NCBI GenBank assembly: GCA_035519395.1
Contig: DATIWK010000122.1
Span: forward strand, 7,275-71,274
Reading direction: 5' to 3'
Length of the DNA: 64,000 nucleotides
Source: Anaeromyxobacteraceae bacterium
Lineage (GTDB): Bacteria > Myxococcota > Myxococcia > Myxococcales > Anaeromyxobacteraceae
The notes beneath the pieces are model-generated. The model worked only from the letters and a program-made list of their open reading frames with translations. It was not told the origin of the DNA and did not search any database. Both the position numbers and the translations under genes were made by a program. How positions within the stretch are numbered: the first letter of the stretch is position 1; the number at the start of each line of letters is the position of its first letter. Shown here piece after piece: positions 9,238 to 18,362 of this stretch.

Positions 9238-9930
9238 TCACCCCGCGTTGTCCACGATCCACTTCCCCAGGAACTCGTCCTTGGAGATGTAGCCGTCGGC
9301 GCCGCACTCGGTGACGAGGCGCTGCACCTTCTCCTTGTCCTCGCCGGAGCAGAAGAGGACCTTGATCGACTTGAACATGTCGTTCTTCTTCACGAACCGG
9401 CAGAACTGGGCTCCGTCCACCTTGGGCATGTTGATGTCGAGGAGGATGAGGTCCGGGCGCGTGGCCCGCTTCAGGATGATCGAGGTCGCCTTCTCGGCGT
9501 CGGGGGCGTACTGGATCTCGAACCCCTTCAGCTCCAGCTCCTCCTTGAGCAGCCGGGCCACGATCTCCGAGTCGTCCACGATGAGGACGCGGCGCCGCCC
9601 CTCCATCGCGGCCTGCAGCCGGCGCGGCAGGTCCTCCGGCGGGTTCATCACCACGCAGCCGTCGAGGTGCAGCTCGCGGGCGGTCCGGGAGAGCTCCTCC
9701 GGCGGCGCCGAGCCGATGAGCAGCGCGCGTCCGGTGAAGCCGCGATCGCGCAGCAGGGCGGGGGCCTGCTTGGCGCGGGCCTGATCGACGAGGAGCGCGC
9801 CCGCCGAGGCGGCCTCCGGGACCAGGGCGTGCGCCTCCCGGTCCAGGACGACGCTGTGCCCCGCCGCCTCCAGGGCCATCCCGGTCATCTGGAGCACGAT
9901 CTCGCTGTCGCAGCAGATGAGGATCTTCAC
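9238..9930 (-). CDS. frzZ: Dual-receiver protein FrzZ
   Basis: Two tandem REC domains; divergent from frzA as in myxobacterial frz loci. Confidence 0.8.
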   Translation of the reverse strand: MKILICCDSEIVLQMTGMALEAAGHSVVLDREAHALVPEAASAGALLVDQARAKQAPALLRDRGFTGRALLIGSAPPEELSRTARELHLDGCVVMNPPEDLPRRLQAAMEGRRRVLIVDDSEIVARLLKEELELKGFEIQYAPDAEKATSIILKRATRPDLILLDINMPKVDGAQFCRFVKKNDMFKSIKVLFCSGEDKEKVQRLVTECGADGYISKDEFLGKWIVDNAG

Positions 9931-9967
9931 GCCTGACCCGTGTTCGGGAGACACAACATACACCGAC

Positions 9968-9997
9968 TTGCTCCCCCGTCCCAGCCTCCGCGATAAT
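9968..9997 (+). promoter_or_regulatory. Putative sigma70-type promoter of frzA
   Basis: TTGCTC-N18-GATAAT, 9 nt before the ATG. Confidence 0.4.
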
Positions 9998-10006
9998 CCG
10001 CGCGGC

Positions 10007-10525
10007 ATGCCGGGTCCGAGGGAGCAGCAGGCCGACGCGCAGGGAGGGGGCGGTCGCGCCGCCACCCCGCCGGAGGCGTGGTTCTTCTGCCTGCGGATCC
10101 TGGGGGGCCGCTACGCGTTCGAGGCGCCCCTGGTGACCGAGGTCGTCCGCCTGGGCCCGCTCACCCGCCTGCCGGCCGCGCCGTCCTTCCTCCCCGGGGT
10201 CTTCACCCACCGTGGCGAGGTGCTTCCGGTGCTCGACATCTCCCAGCTGGTCGGCCACAGCGCCGTGGCGATCCGCCCCAGCACGCGGGCCGCCATCGTC
10301 CACTGCGGGCCGTGGAAGGTGGCGGTGGTCTCCGACGCGGTCGAGGGGCTGGTCGCCATCCCGCGCCGTGCGCTGGAGCCGCCGCCCGCCGAGTCCACCG
10401 GCGTCGCCGAGTTCATGTCCGCGGTGGCCCGCGACCGCGCCGGCGCCATCGCCATCCTCGACCTGCCGCGCATGGTGGAGGCAGCGCGGGCCCGGGCGGT
10501 GCCGGCGGGGAGCGCGCCCGCGTGA
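10007..10525 (+). CDS. frzA: CheW-like FrzA
   Basis: LTRLPAAPSFLPGVFTHRGEVLPVLDI; synteny. Confidence 0.82.
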   Translation: MPGPREQQADAQGGGGRAATPPEAWFFCLRILGGRYAFEAPLVTEVVRLGPLTRLPAAPSFLPGVFTHRGEVLPVLDISQLVGHSAVAIRPSTRAAIVHCGPWKVAVVSDAVEGLVAIPRRALEPPPAESTGVAEFMSAVARDRAGAIAILDLPRMVEAARARAVPAGSAPA

Positions 10526-10923
10526 GCGAAGCCAAGAGCGAGATCCTCATGTTCCAGGTGGGCCCGCGCGTGTTCGCCGCGGAGGTCTACGACGTCATCC
10601 GCATCGGGAGCGTCCACGACGTGCCTCCCGAGGACGTGGTGGGCGCCACCGCGCTCGGCGTCCCCTTCGCCCGCCGCCGCGGGATCGTGGTCGGCGATCA
10701 CGCCGCCGGCACGGAGCGCGCGCTGGCCGTGGACCAGGTCATCGGCATCCGGAGCGTCCCCGAGACCGACGTCCACCCGCTGCCCGCCTTCGCCGCGGCC
10801 TGCCTCCAGTCGGCCGCCGTCACCGGGTTCGTCCTGGTCGACGACTCGCCGACCCTCCTCATCGATCTCCCCACCCTCGTCCGCGAAGGGCCAGCCGCGC
10901 CGGCGGACGCCGAGAGGACCTGA
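10522..10923 (+). CDS. frzB: Divergent CheW-like FrzB
   Basis: Short degenerate CheW fold between frzA and frzCD, with overlapping start and stop codons. Confidence 0.75.
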   Translation: MSEAKSEILMFQVGPRVFAAEVYDVIRIGSVHDVPPEDVVGATALGVPFARRRGIVVGDHAAGTERALAVDQVIGIRSVPETDVHPLPAFAAACLQSAAVTGFVLVDDSPTLLIDLPTLVREGPAAPADAERT

Positions 10924-12170
10924 TGCGCGACCCCACCGAACTCGCCCGGCGCAAGGGCGCCGGCCGCACGCCCGCCGCGAAGCGCCGCGGCGGCCAGGAC
11001 GACGCCGCCCGGCTCACCGCGCTGCTCCGCACCTTCTCCGAGGGGCGGCTCGACGGCCGCGCCGATCCCGCCTCCTTCGCCGATCCGGCGCTGCGCGGCG
11101 TCGCCGAGGCGTTGAACGCCGCGGCCGAGCACGTGAGCCTGCGGATCAAGGACGCGGAGGCGCGGGTCGAGGCGGTGAGCGCCGGGGTGGACGAGGCCAT
11201 CGAGGCCATGGTCCGGCTCGTCATCCAGGGCGACCTCTCCGGCACGCTGCGCCTGGGCGTCACCGACGCCGCGCTCACCCCGCTCATCGCCGGGGTCGGG
11301 CAGGTGATGGAGACCCTGAAGCGGTTCGTGACCGAGATCCGCGAGGCCGCGCTCCAGCTCTCCACCTCGTCGGCCGAGGTCCTCGCCGCCGCGACGCAGA
11401 ACGAGTCGTCGACCAGCGCCCAGGCGAGCGCCATCCACGAGACCACCGCCACCATGGAGGAGCTGAAGGGCGCCTCGCACCAGATCGCGGAGAACGCGCA
11501 GATGGTGGCCGCCATCGCCGAGCAGACGCTCTCCGGAGCCCGCAACGGCGAGGGGCAGATCAAGGCCTTCATGGGCGCGATGGAGAAGGTGCGCCACAAC
11601 GCGGTGGAGGTCGACGAGGCCATCGGAAAGCTCTCGCGCCGCGTCGAGCGGATCGGCACGGTGGTCGAGGTGATCGACGAGATCGCCGACCGCTCCGACC
11701 TCCTCGCCCTGAACGCCGCGCTGGAGGGCGCCAAGGCCGGCGAGGCGGGCCGCGGGTTCTCGATCGTCGCCGCCGAGATGCGGCGCCTCGCCGAGAACGT
11801 GATGGAGTCCACCAAGGAGATCAAGAACCTCATCACCGAGATCCGCGAGGCCACCCACGCCGCCAAGGAGGCGTCGGACGGGAACAAGCGGATGGCGGCC
11901 GAGGGCGAGAAGCTCGGCGGCTCCGCGGCGACCAGCGTGTCCGGGATCCTCACCGGGATCCAGGAGACGAGCGACGCCGCCCGGGTCATCCACCTCGCCA
12001 CCCAGCAGCAGCGCACGGCCACCGAGCAGGTGGTGCAGTCCATGTCAGAGATCGAGGAGGTCACCCGGCAGGCGCAGGCGGGCTCGCGGCAGGCCACCGG
12101 CGCGGCCGCCGAGCTGACCAAGCTCGCCGAGCGGCTCGCGGAGCTGGTGAAGCGGTTCAAGGTGGAATAG
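10923..12170 (+). CDS. frzCD: Cytoplasmic chemoreceptor FrzCD
   Basis: No TM helices; basic N-terminus; signalling tip IADRSDLLALNAALEGAKAGEAGRGF; 415 aa. Confidence 0.9.
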   Translation: MRDPTELARRKGAGRTPAAKRRGGQDDAARLTALLRTFSEGRLDGRADPASFADPALRGVAEALNAAAEHVSLRIKDAEARVEAVSAGVDEAIEAMVRLVIQGDLSGTLRLGVTDAALTPLIAGVGQVMETLKRFVTEIREAALQLSTSSAEVLAAATQNESSTSAQASAIHETTATMEELKGASHQIAENAQMVAAIAEQTLSGARNGEGQIKAFMGAMEKVRHNAVEVDEAIGKLSRRVERIGTVVEVIDEIADRSDLLALNAALEGAKAGEAGRGFSIVAAEMRRLAENVMESTKEIKNLITEIREATHAAKEASDGNKRMAAEGEKLGGSAATSVSGILTGIQETSDAARVIHLATQQQRTATEQVVQSMSEIEEVTRQAQAGSRQATGAAAELTKLAERLAELVKRFKVE

Positions 12171-12204
12171 GGCGCGGCCGCGCACCTCGCACCGGACACG
12201 CGGA

Positions 12205-14433
12205 ATGGGCGTCTCGGAAGAGATCCGTCAGAAGCTGCTCCCGCGCTTCCGGGAGACGACGGTCGATCGCGTCGAGAAGATCTCCGAGTCGCTCCTGGCG
12301 CTGGAGCGCGGCCAGGCCGCGCCGGAGCTGCGCGAGGAGCTGGCGCGCGAGCTGCACACGCTCAAGGGCGAGGCCCGCATGATGGGCTTCGTCGGCATCT
12401 CCGGGGTGGTGCACGCCGCCGAGGACCTGCTCAAGGCGACGCCGCCGGGGAGCGCCGGCGACCGCGTGGACGCGCTGCTCAAGGCCTGCGACGCCATCCC
12501 CGCCATGCTGGAGGCGCCCGCCGACGGCGGCGAGGCGGCGCGGCGGCTGGCGGAGCGGCTCCGCGAGCTCATCGGCCCGGTGGACCCGGCCGCGCCCGTC
12601 CTCACGCCCTCGCCCGGGACGCTGCCCGCCGTCACGCCCGCGCCGGAGGCGGCGCCCCCGGCGGCGCCTGCGCCCGCGGGCGAGCGGCGCGGCGACGGCG
12701 CCGGCATCGAGCTGCGCGGCGATCGGCCCGCCGGGTCGATCCGCGTGGACGTGGACCGGCTCGACGAGATCGCGGCGCTGGCCGGCGACGTGCTGGTGGA
12801 GGGGGCGCGGGCCCTGCGCCGGACCAAGGACCTGAACGGCCTCTTCACCCGGTGGAACCGGCTCTCCGACCGCGTCATCGCGCTCACCGAGCAGCTCCGC
12901 CACGAGGCGCCCTCGCGGCTGGTGGACCAGATCGAGGGCGACGTCCACCTGCTTTGCTCCGACACCTTCCGCTTCGCCCGCGGCCAGACCGAGGCGGCGT
13001 CCGGCGCCCAGGCGCAGTTCGCGCAGCTCGCCGAGCGGATCGGCTCGGCGCGCCTCATCCCGCTCTCCGGCATCCTGGCCGCCTTCCCCCGCGCGGTGCG
13101 CGACATGGCGCGCGAGCAGGGGAAGGAGGTCGAGTGCGTGGTGCGGGGCGGCGAGACCGGCGTCGACAAGGCCATCCTGCTCTCGCTCAACGATCCCCTG
13201 GTCCACCTGGTCCGCAACTGCGTGGACCACGGCATCGAGCTGCCCGCGGAGCGCACCGAGGCGCAGAAGCCGCGCGCCGGGAAGGTGGTCATCTCGGCCC
13301 GCACCGACGGCGACCTCCTCGCCATCACCGTCGAGGACGACGGGCGCGGCATCCACCCGGCCGCCATCCGCGCGGCGGCGCTGCGCAAGGGGCTCATCGG
13401 CGAGCAGCAGGCGGCGAGCCTCTCCGCCCGCGCCGCGCTCGACCTCATCTTCCTGTCCGGGTTCTCCACGCGCGAGCAGGCGGGCGAGACCAGCGGGCGC
13501 GGCGTCGGCCTGGACGTGGTCCGCAAGAAGGTGACCGGGCTGGGGGGCTCGGTGGCGGTGGAGTCCGAGCCCGGCAAGGGGGCGCGCTTCACGCTGCGCA
13601 TGCCCCAGTCGCTGTCGCTCATGAAGGTGCTCCTGGTCCGCATCGACGAGGACGTCTACGGCCTCCCGGCGGTGGACGTGGAGACCGTGGGACGGCTCGA
13701 ACCGAAGGAGATCACCGAGGTCGCCGGGATCCGCGCGGTGCGCCACCGCAACCGGCTCCTCCCGGTGGTCGCGCTCGGCCCGCTCCTCTCGCTCAACGGC
13801 GGACCGCGCTCGGAGCGGCCCCTGGTCGCCTACGTGGTGCACGGCGCGGAGGGCGCCGCGGTGGTGGTGGACGGGCTCTTCGGCGAGCGCGAGGTCGCGG
13901 TCAAGGCGCCCGGCTCGTTCCTGAAGGGGATGCGCTTCGTGACCGGGGCCGCCGCGCTGGAGGACGGACGGGTGGCCCTGCTCCTCTCCACCCCGGACAT
14001 CGTGACCGCGGCGCGGCGGCTGGCGAGCCCGGCCATGTCGCGCGGCCGCGACCGGAAGCGGCTGCGCATCCTCCTGGTGGACGACAGCGGCATCGCCCGC
14101 GAGGCGGAGGCGGCGCTGCTGCGCTCCCTGGGGCACGAGGTGGACGAGGCGGCGGACGGCGAGGAGGGCTGGCAGAAGCTCCAGACCGGCGGGTACCACC
14201 TGCTCCTCACCGACGTGCAGATGCCGGTGCTCGACGGGATCGACCTCACCCGCCGCGTCAAGGCGACGCCGCGCTTCGTGAAGCTGCCCATCGTCATCCT
14301 CTCCTCGCTGTCGGCGCCCGAGGAGCGGCGCCGCGGCGTGGACGCCGGCGCGGACGCCTACATCGTGAAGGGCGAGCTGGACGCGGAGGACCTCGCCGCC
14401 ACCATGGAGCGGCTGTGCGGGGTGCCCTCATGA
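12205..14433 (+). CDS. frzE: Hybrid CheA-CheY kinase FrzE
   Basis: ELHTLKG, HLVRNCVDHG, SGRGVGLDVV, C-terminal REC (LVDDS, LTDVQMP). Confidence 0.9.
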   Translation: MGVSEEIRQKLLPRFRETTVDRVEKISESLLALERGQAAPELREELARELHTLKGEARMMGFVGISGVVHAAEDLLKATPPGSAGDRVDALLKACDAIPAMLEAPADGGEAARRLAERLRELIGPVDPAAPVLTPSPGTLPAVTPAPEAAPPAAPAPAGERRGDGAGIELRGDRPAGSIRVDVDRLDEIAALAGDVLVEGARALRRTKDLNGLFTRWNRLSDRVIALTEQLRHEAPSRLVDQIEGDVHLLCSDTFRFARGQTEAASGAQAQFAQLAERIGSARLIPLSGILAAFPRAVRDMAREQGKEVECVVRGGETGVDKAILLSLNDPLVHLVRNCVDHGIELPAERTEAQKPRAGKVVISARTDGDLLAITVEDDGRGIHPAAIRAAALRKGLIGEQQAASLSARAALDLIFLSGFSTREQAGETSGRGVGLDVVRKKVTGLGGSVAVESEPGKGARFTLRMPQSLSLMKVLLVRIDEDVYGLPAVDVETVGRLEPKEITEVAGIRAVRHRNRLLPVVALGPLLSLNGGPRSERPLVAYVVHGAEGAAVVVDGLFGEREVAVKAPGSFLKGMRFVTGAAALEDGRVALLLSTPDIVTAARRLASPAMSRGRDRKRLRILLVDDSGIAREAEAALLRSLGHEVDEAADGEEGWQKLQTGGYHLLLTDVQMPVLDGIDLTRRVKATPRFVKLPIVILSSLSAPEERRRGVDAGADAYIVKGELDAEDLAATMERLCGVPS

Positions 14434-15452
14434 CGCTGGGGTCCGACCGGCCCATCCGCGTGCTGGTGGCCGACGACTCCGAGCTGTTCCGGGAGGTGCT
14501 CTCGAAGGTGGTGGCCGCCGATCCGGCCTTCGAGGTGGTGGCGGTGGCCGGCGACGGCGACGACGCCGCGGCGATGACGCGCGAGCTCAAGCCCGACGTC
14601 ATCACCATGGACCTCAACATGCCCGACGCCGACGGCTTCTCGGGCATCGCACGGATCATGGCGGAGACGCCCACGCCCATCCTGGTCCTCACCGCCAACA
14701 AGGAGGAGGCGGTCGGGTTCCGCGCCCTCTCGCTGGGGGCCCTCGACATCCTGGAGAAGCCGGCCGCGTCGAGCGACCTCGACGACTACGGCGAGGCGCT
14801 GCGCTCCCGGCTGCGGCTCCTCGCCGGCGTGAAGGTGATCCGTCACCTGCGCGGGCTGCGCGGGCGCCACCCCGCCGGCCCGCGCGCCGCGGCGCGCACC
14901 AACCTGGTGGTGGTCGGCGCCTCGCTGGGCGGCCCGCGGGCGCTGGCCACCCTGCTGCGCGGGCTGCCCACCGACTTCCCCGCGCCCATCGCCGTGGTGC
15001 AGCACATCGCGGACGGGTTCACCGAGGGTCTCGCCGGCTGGCTGGCGCAGGAGTCGCGGCTCGACGTGCGCGAGGCACGGGACCGCGAGGCCCTCGCGCC
15101 CGGGCGCGTCGTCCTCGCCCCCACCGGCCGTCACCTGGTGGTGGCGGAGGGGATGGCGTACCTCTCCGACGCGCCGGCGGTGGACACCTTCAAGCCGTCG
15201 GTGACCCCGCTCTTCCTGTCGGCGGCGCGCGCCTACGGCGCACGCGCCTGCGGCGTCCTCCTCACCGGCATGGGGCGGGACGGCGCAGAGGGCATGAAGG
15301 CGCTCAAGGAGGCGGGCGCCCCCACGCTGGCGCAGGACGAGGCCACCAGCGCGGTGTTCGGGATGCCGCGCGCCGCCATCGAGCTCGGTGCGGTGGATCG
15401 CGTCCTCCCCATCGAGGACATCTCCCGGGCCCTCCTGGAGCTGGTGCGATGA
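14430..15452 (+). CDS. frzG: CheB-type methylesterase FrzG
   Basis: REC + GASLGG, VQHI, LTGMGRDG. Confidence 0.88.
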   Translation: MTLGSDRPIRVLVADDSELFREVLSKVVAADPAFEVVAVAGDGDDAAAMTRELKPDVITMDLNMPDADGFSGIARIMAETPTPILVLTANKEEAVGFRALSLGALDILEKPAASSDLDDYGEALRSRLRLLAGVKVIRHLRGLRGRHPAGPRAAARTNLVVVGASLGGPRALATLLRGLPTDFPAPIAVVQHIADGFTEGLAGWLAQESRLDVREARDREALAPGRVVLAPTGRHLVVAEGMAYLSDAPAVDTFKPSVTPLFLSAARAYGARACGVLLTGMGRDGAEGMKALKEAGAPTLAQDEATSAVFGMPRAAIELGAVDRVLPIEDISRALLELVR

Positions 15453-16987
15453 GGACCGTCGGCTCCGAGCAGCTCGGCGACCTCGCGGCGCTCCTCAAGG
15501 AGCGGGTGGGGCTGCACATCCGACCCGACGGCCAGTCCGCGCTCAAGCTCGCCGTGTCGGCGCGCCTCGACGAGATGGACGGGGAGCTCCACGACGCGCG
15601 CGGCTACCTGGCGCTGCTGCGCTCCGAGGGCGGCGACGAGGAGCTGCGGCGGCTGCTCCCCCTGGTCACGGTGGGCAAGACCAGCTTCTTCCGCGACGAG
15701 CGGCAGTTCGGGGCGCTGCGCGCGCTCCTCCCCGGCCTGCTGGCGCGTCCCAAGGGCGGCGGGCGCCCCGTCACCGCCTGGTCGGCGGGCTGCGCCACCG
15801 GCGAGGAGCCCTACTCCATCGCGATGTGCGCCGGAGAGGCGGGGGCCGGCCCCGAGCACGTCGAGATCCTCGCCACCGACGTGAACCCCGAGGCGGTGGC
15901 GGCCGCCGCGCGGGGGAGCTTCGACTCGCGGCGCGTCCGCGACATCCCGGCGGAGATGCTGGGGCGCTACTTCGACCCGGAGGGCGATCACTTCCGCGTC
16001 CGGGCCAACCTGCGCCGCTACATCGCCGCCATCCGGCCGCACAACCTCGTCTCCGCCCTGTTCCCGCGACCGACCGAGGGCGGCTGGGACCTGATCTTCT
16101 GCCGGAACGTCATCATCTACTTCGACACGCCCACCACCCAGCGCGTGCTGCAGGCGTTCCACGACGCGCTGGCGCCGGGAGGGTACCTCTTCCTCGGCTA
16201 CTCCGAGTCGCTGTTCCGGCTCTTCGAGGGGTTCGAGCTGACGGAGGTGGCCGGGGCGTTCCTCTACCGGCGGCCGGAGGGCGGCGCGGCGCGGGGCCCC
16301 TTCACGACCCCGCGCCCGGTGGTGCCGGTCCCGCGCGATCCGCCGCCGGTCCGGCACGTCGAGGTGGCGGCCGAGGCGCCGCCGCCCGGGCGGCAGCGGG
16401 AGGGCCGCCGGGGAAGGAGCGAGCGCGGGCACGCCACCTTCGCCGCGACGCCGCCGTCCGGCACGCTCCTGCTCGCGCCCCAGGAGTTCCTCGACGGCGC
16501 GGTGGCGCTCTTCTCGGACGGGCGCTTCGGGGCGGCCCGCGAGCTGCTGGAGCGGCTGCTGGAGCGGAGCGGCGAGGACCTCGCGGTGCGGCTCACCCTC
16601 GCGAACCTCTACGGCGTGCTGCGGCAGCCGGACCTGGCGCGCCGGTGCTACGTCGCCGCGCTCGCGATCGAGCCGCTCTCCGCCGAGGCCCACCTCTTCT
16701 ACGGCATCCACCTGCTCTCGGCCGGGGAGAGCGATCCCGCCGCGCTGGAGCTGTCGCGCGCGCTGTTCCTCGACCCGGACCTCTCGCTCGCGCACTACTT
16801 CCTGGGGCGCTGCCGGGAGGCGCAGCGGGACCTCGCCCGCGCGCGGCTCGCCTACCGAAACGCCATCGAGGCGCACCGGCGCCGCCCGGACGGCAAGCGG
16901 CAGGCCTTCCTCGGGTACTATCCGGACATCCCGGAGGACGGCGCGGCCTTCGCGCGCGCCGCCCAGTACGCGCTCGCCGCGCTGTAG
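15449..16987 (+). CDS. frzF: CheR-TPR methyltransferase FrzF
   Basis: WSAGCATGEEPYS, FCRNVIIYF, C-terminal TPRs. Confidence 0.88.
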   Translation: MRTVGSEQLGDLAALLKERVGLHIRPDGQSALKLAVSARLDEMDGELHDARGYLALLRSEGGDEELRRLLPLVTVGKTSFFRDERQFGALRALLPGLLARPKGGGRPVTAWSAGCATGEEPYSIAMCAGEAGAGPEHVEILATDVNPEAVAAAARGSFDSRRVRDIPAEMLGRYFDPEGDHFRVRANLRRYIAAIRPHNLVSALFPRPTEGGWDLIFCRNVIIYFDTPTTQRVLQAFHDALAPGGYLFLGYSESLFRLFEGFELTEVAGAFLYRRPEGGAARGPFTTPRPVVPVPRDPPPVRHVEVAAEAPPPGRQREGRRGRSERGHATFAATPPSGTLLLAPQEFLDGAVALFSDGRFGAARELLERLLERSGEDLAVRLTLANLYGVLRQPDLARRCYVAALAIEPLSAEAHLFYGIHLLSAGESDPAALELSRALFLDPDLSLAHYFLGRCREAQRDLARARLAYRNAIEAHRRRPDGKRQAFLGYYPDIPEDGAAFARAAQYALAAL

Positions 16988-17026
16988 GACGAAGGGGACG
17001 ATCCGCGGGGCGGATCGGGAGACGAC

Positions 17027-17410
17027 ATGGCCGAGAAGAAGCGCATCCTCCTCCTCGACGACTCGACCATCACGCTCGAGATGGAGAAGGCCGTGCTCGA
17101 GGACCGCGGCTACAAGGTCGCGATCGCCTCCAACCTGCTCGAGTTCCAGTCGCAGCTCGACGCCTTCCAGCCCGAGATCATCCTCACCGACCTGATGATG
17201 CCGGACATCTCCGGCAAGGACATCGTGCGGGTCCTCAAGCAGGACTTCCACACCGAGAAGATCCCCATCGTGCTCTTCAGCTCGAAGCCGGACGACGAGC
17301 TGGCCGAGATCGCCGAGCAGGCGGGCGCCGACGGGTTCCTCTCGAAGTCGCACGGGATCGACAAGCTCGGCGACATGGTGGACGAGATCGTCGACTCGAT
17401 CCTCTGGTAG
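17027..17410 (+). CDS. Single-domain response regulator at the end of the frz operon (possible FrzX-like)
   Basis: LLLDDS, LTDLMMP, LFSS, FLSKS. Confidence 0.85.
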   Translation: MAEKKRILLLDDSTITLEMEKAVLEDRGYKVAIASNLLEFQSQLDAFQPEIILTDLMMPDISGKDIVRVLKQDFHTEKIPIVLFSSKPDDELAEIAEQAGADGFLSKSHGIDKLGDMVDEIVDSILW

Positions 17411-17461
17411 CGCGACCGGTCGGGGCGACCCCGGCAGGAGGCCGCGAGTGACCGGGACCGG

Positions 17462-17526
17462 GCGGAGGGTGAGGCGGAGAGCCTCGCCCGGAGCGACCGG
17501 GGGTCCGGGGGGCCGCCGCCCCCCAG
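17462..17526. repeat. Two-hairpin REP-like element (copy 1)
   Basis: GGGTGAGGC-loop-GCCTCGCCC, then GGAGCGACCGGGGG, then GGGGGGC-loop-GCCCCCCAG; homologous to 19830-19894. Confidence 0.75.
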
Positions 17527-17615
17527 CAAGACCTCTGCCTTGAAACCCGGGCGATTCGCGTGCACCCTCGCCCTGGAAAGGCCCGCTTCCCAGCCGCCTG
17601 CGGGAGGAGCGCTCC

Positions 17616-18362
17616 ATGTCCGGCCACAACCGGTGGACCAAGATCAAGCACAAGAAGGCGGCGGCCGGCGCGGCGAAGGGGAAGCTCTTCACCAAGCTCA
17701 TCAAGGAGATCACGGTCGCCGCCCGGATCGGCGGCGGCGACCCGGCCGGCAACGCGCGCCTGCGCGCCGCGATCGACGCGGGCAAGGAGGCGAACATGCC
17801 GGCGGACAACATCACCCGCGCCGTCAAGAAGGGGACCGGCGAGCTGGAGGGGATCGCCTACGAGGAGATCGTCTACGAGGGCTACGGGCCCGGCGGCGTG
17901 GCGATGATCGTCGAGTGCCTCACCGACAACCGGAACCGCACCGCGGGTGACGTCCGCTCGACGTTCGCCAAGGGCGGCGGGAACCTCGCCGCCGAGGGCG
18001 CCGTCGCCTGGAACTTCGAGCGGCGCGGCGTCGTCGATCTCCGGCCCGGTCCCACCGAGGACCAGGTGATGGAGGCGGCGATCGAGGCCGGCGCGGAGGA
18101 CGTGGTGAACCACGGCGCCGAGGGGTTCGAGGTGCGCACCCACCCGAACGACCTCCACCAGGTCTCCGCGGAGCTGGAGAAGCGGTTCGCGCTCGGTCCC
18201 CGCCGCATCACCTGGGTGCCGAAGGACACGGTGAAGCTCCACGATCCCGACAGGGCGCGCGCCATGCTGAGGCTCATGGACCTGCTCGAGGAGCTCGAGG
18301 ACGTGCAGAACGTGCACGCCAACTTCGAGATCGAGGACCGGCTCATGGAGCAGATGGCATGA
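17616..18362 (+). CDS. yebC: YebC/PmpR family protein
   Basis: MSGHNRWTKIKHKK, YEGYGPGG, LTDNRNRT. Confidence 0.95.
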   Translation: MSGHNRWTKIKHKKAAAGAAKGKLFTKLIKEITVAARIGGGDPAGNARLRAAIDAGKEANMPADNITRAVKKGTGELEGIAYEEIVYEGYGPGGVAMIVECLTDNRNRTAGDVRSTFAKGGGNLAAEGAVAWNFERRGVVDLRPGPTEDQVMEAAIEAGAEDVVNHGAEGFEVRTHPNDLHQVSAELEKRFALGPRRITWVPKDTVKLHDPDRARAMLRLMDLLEELEDVQNVHANFEIEDRLMEQMA

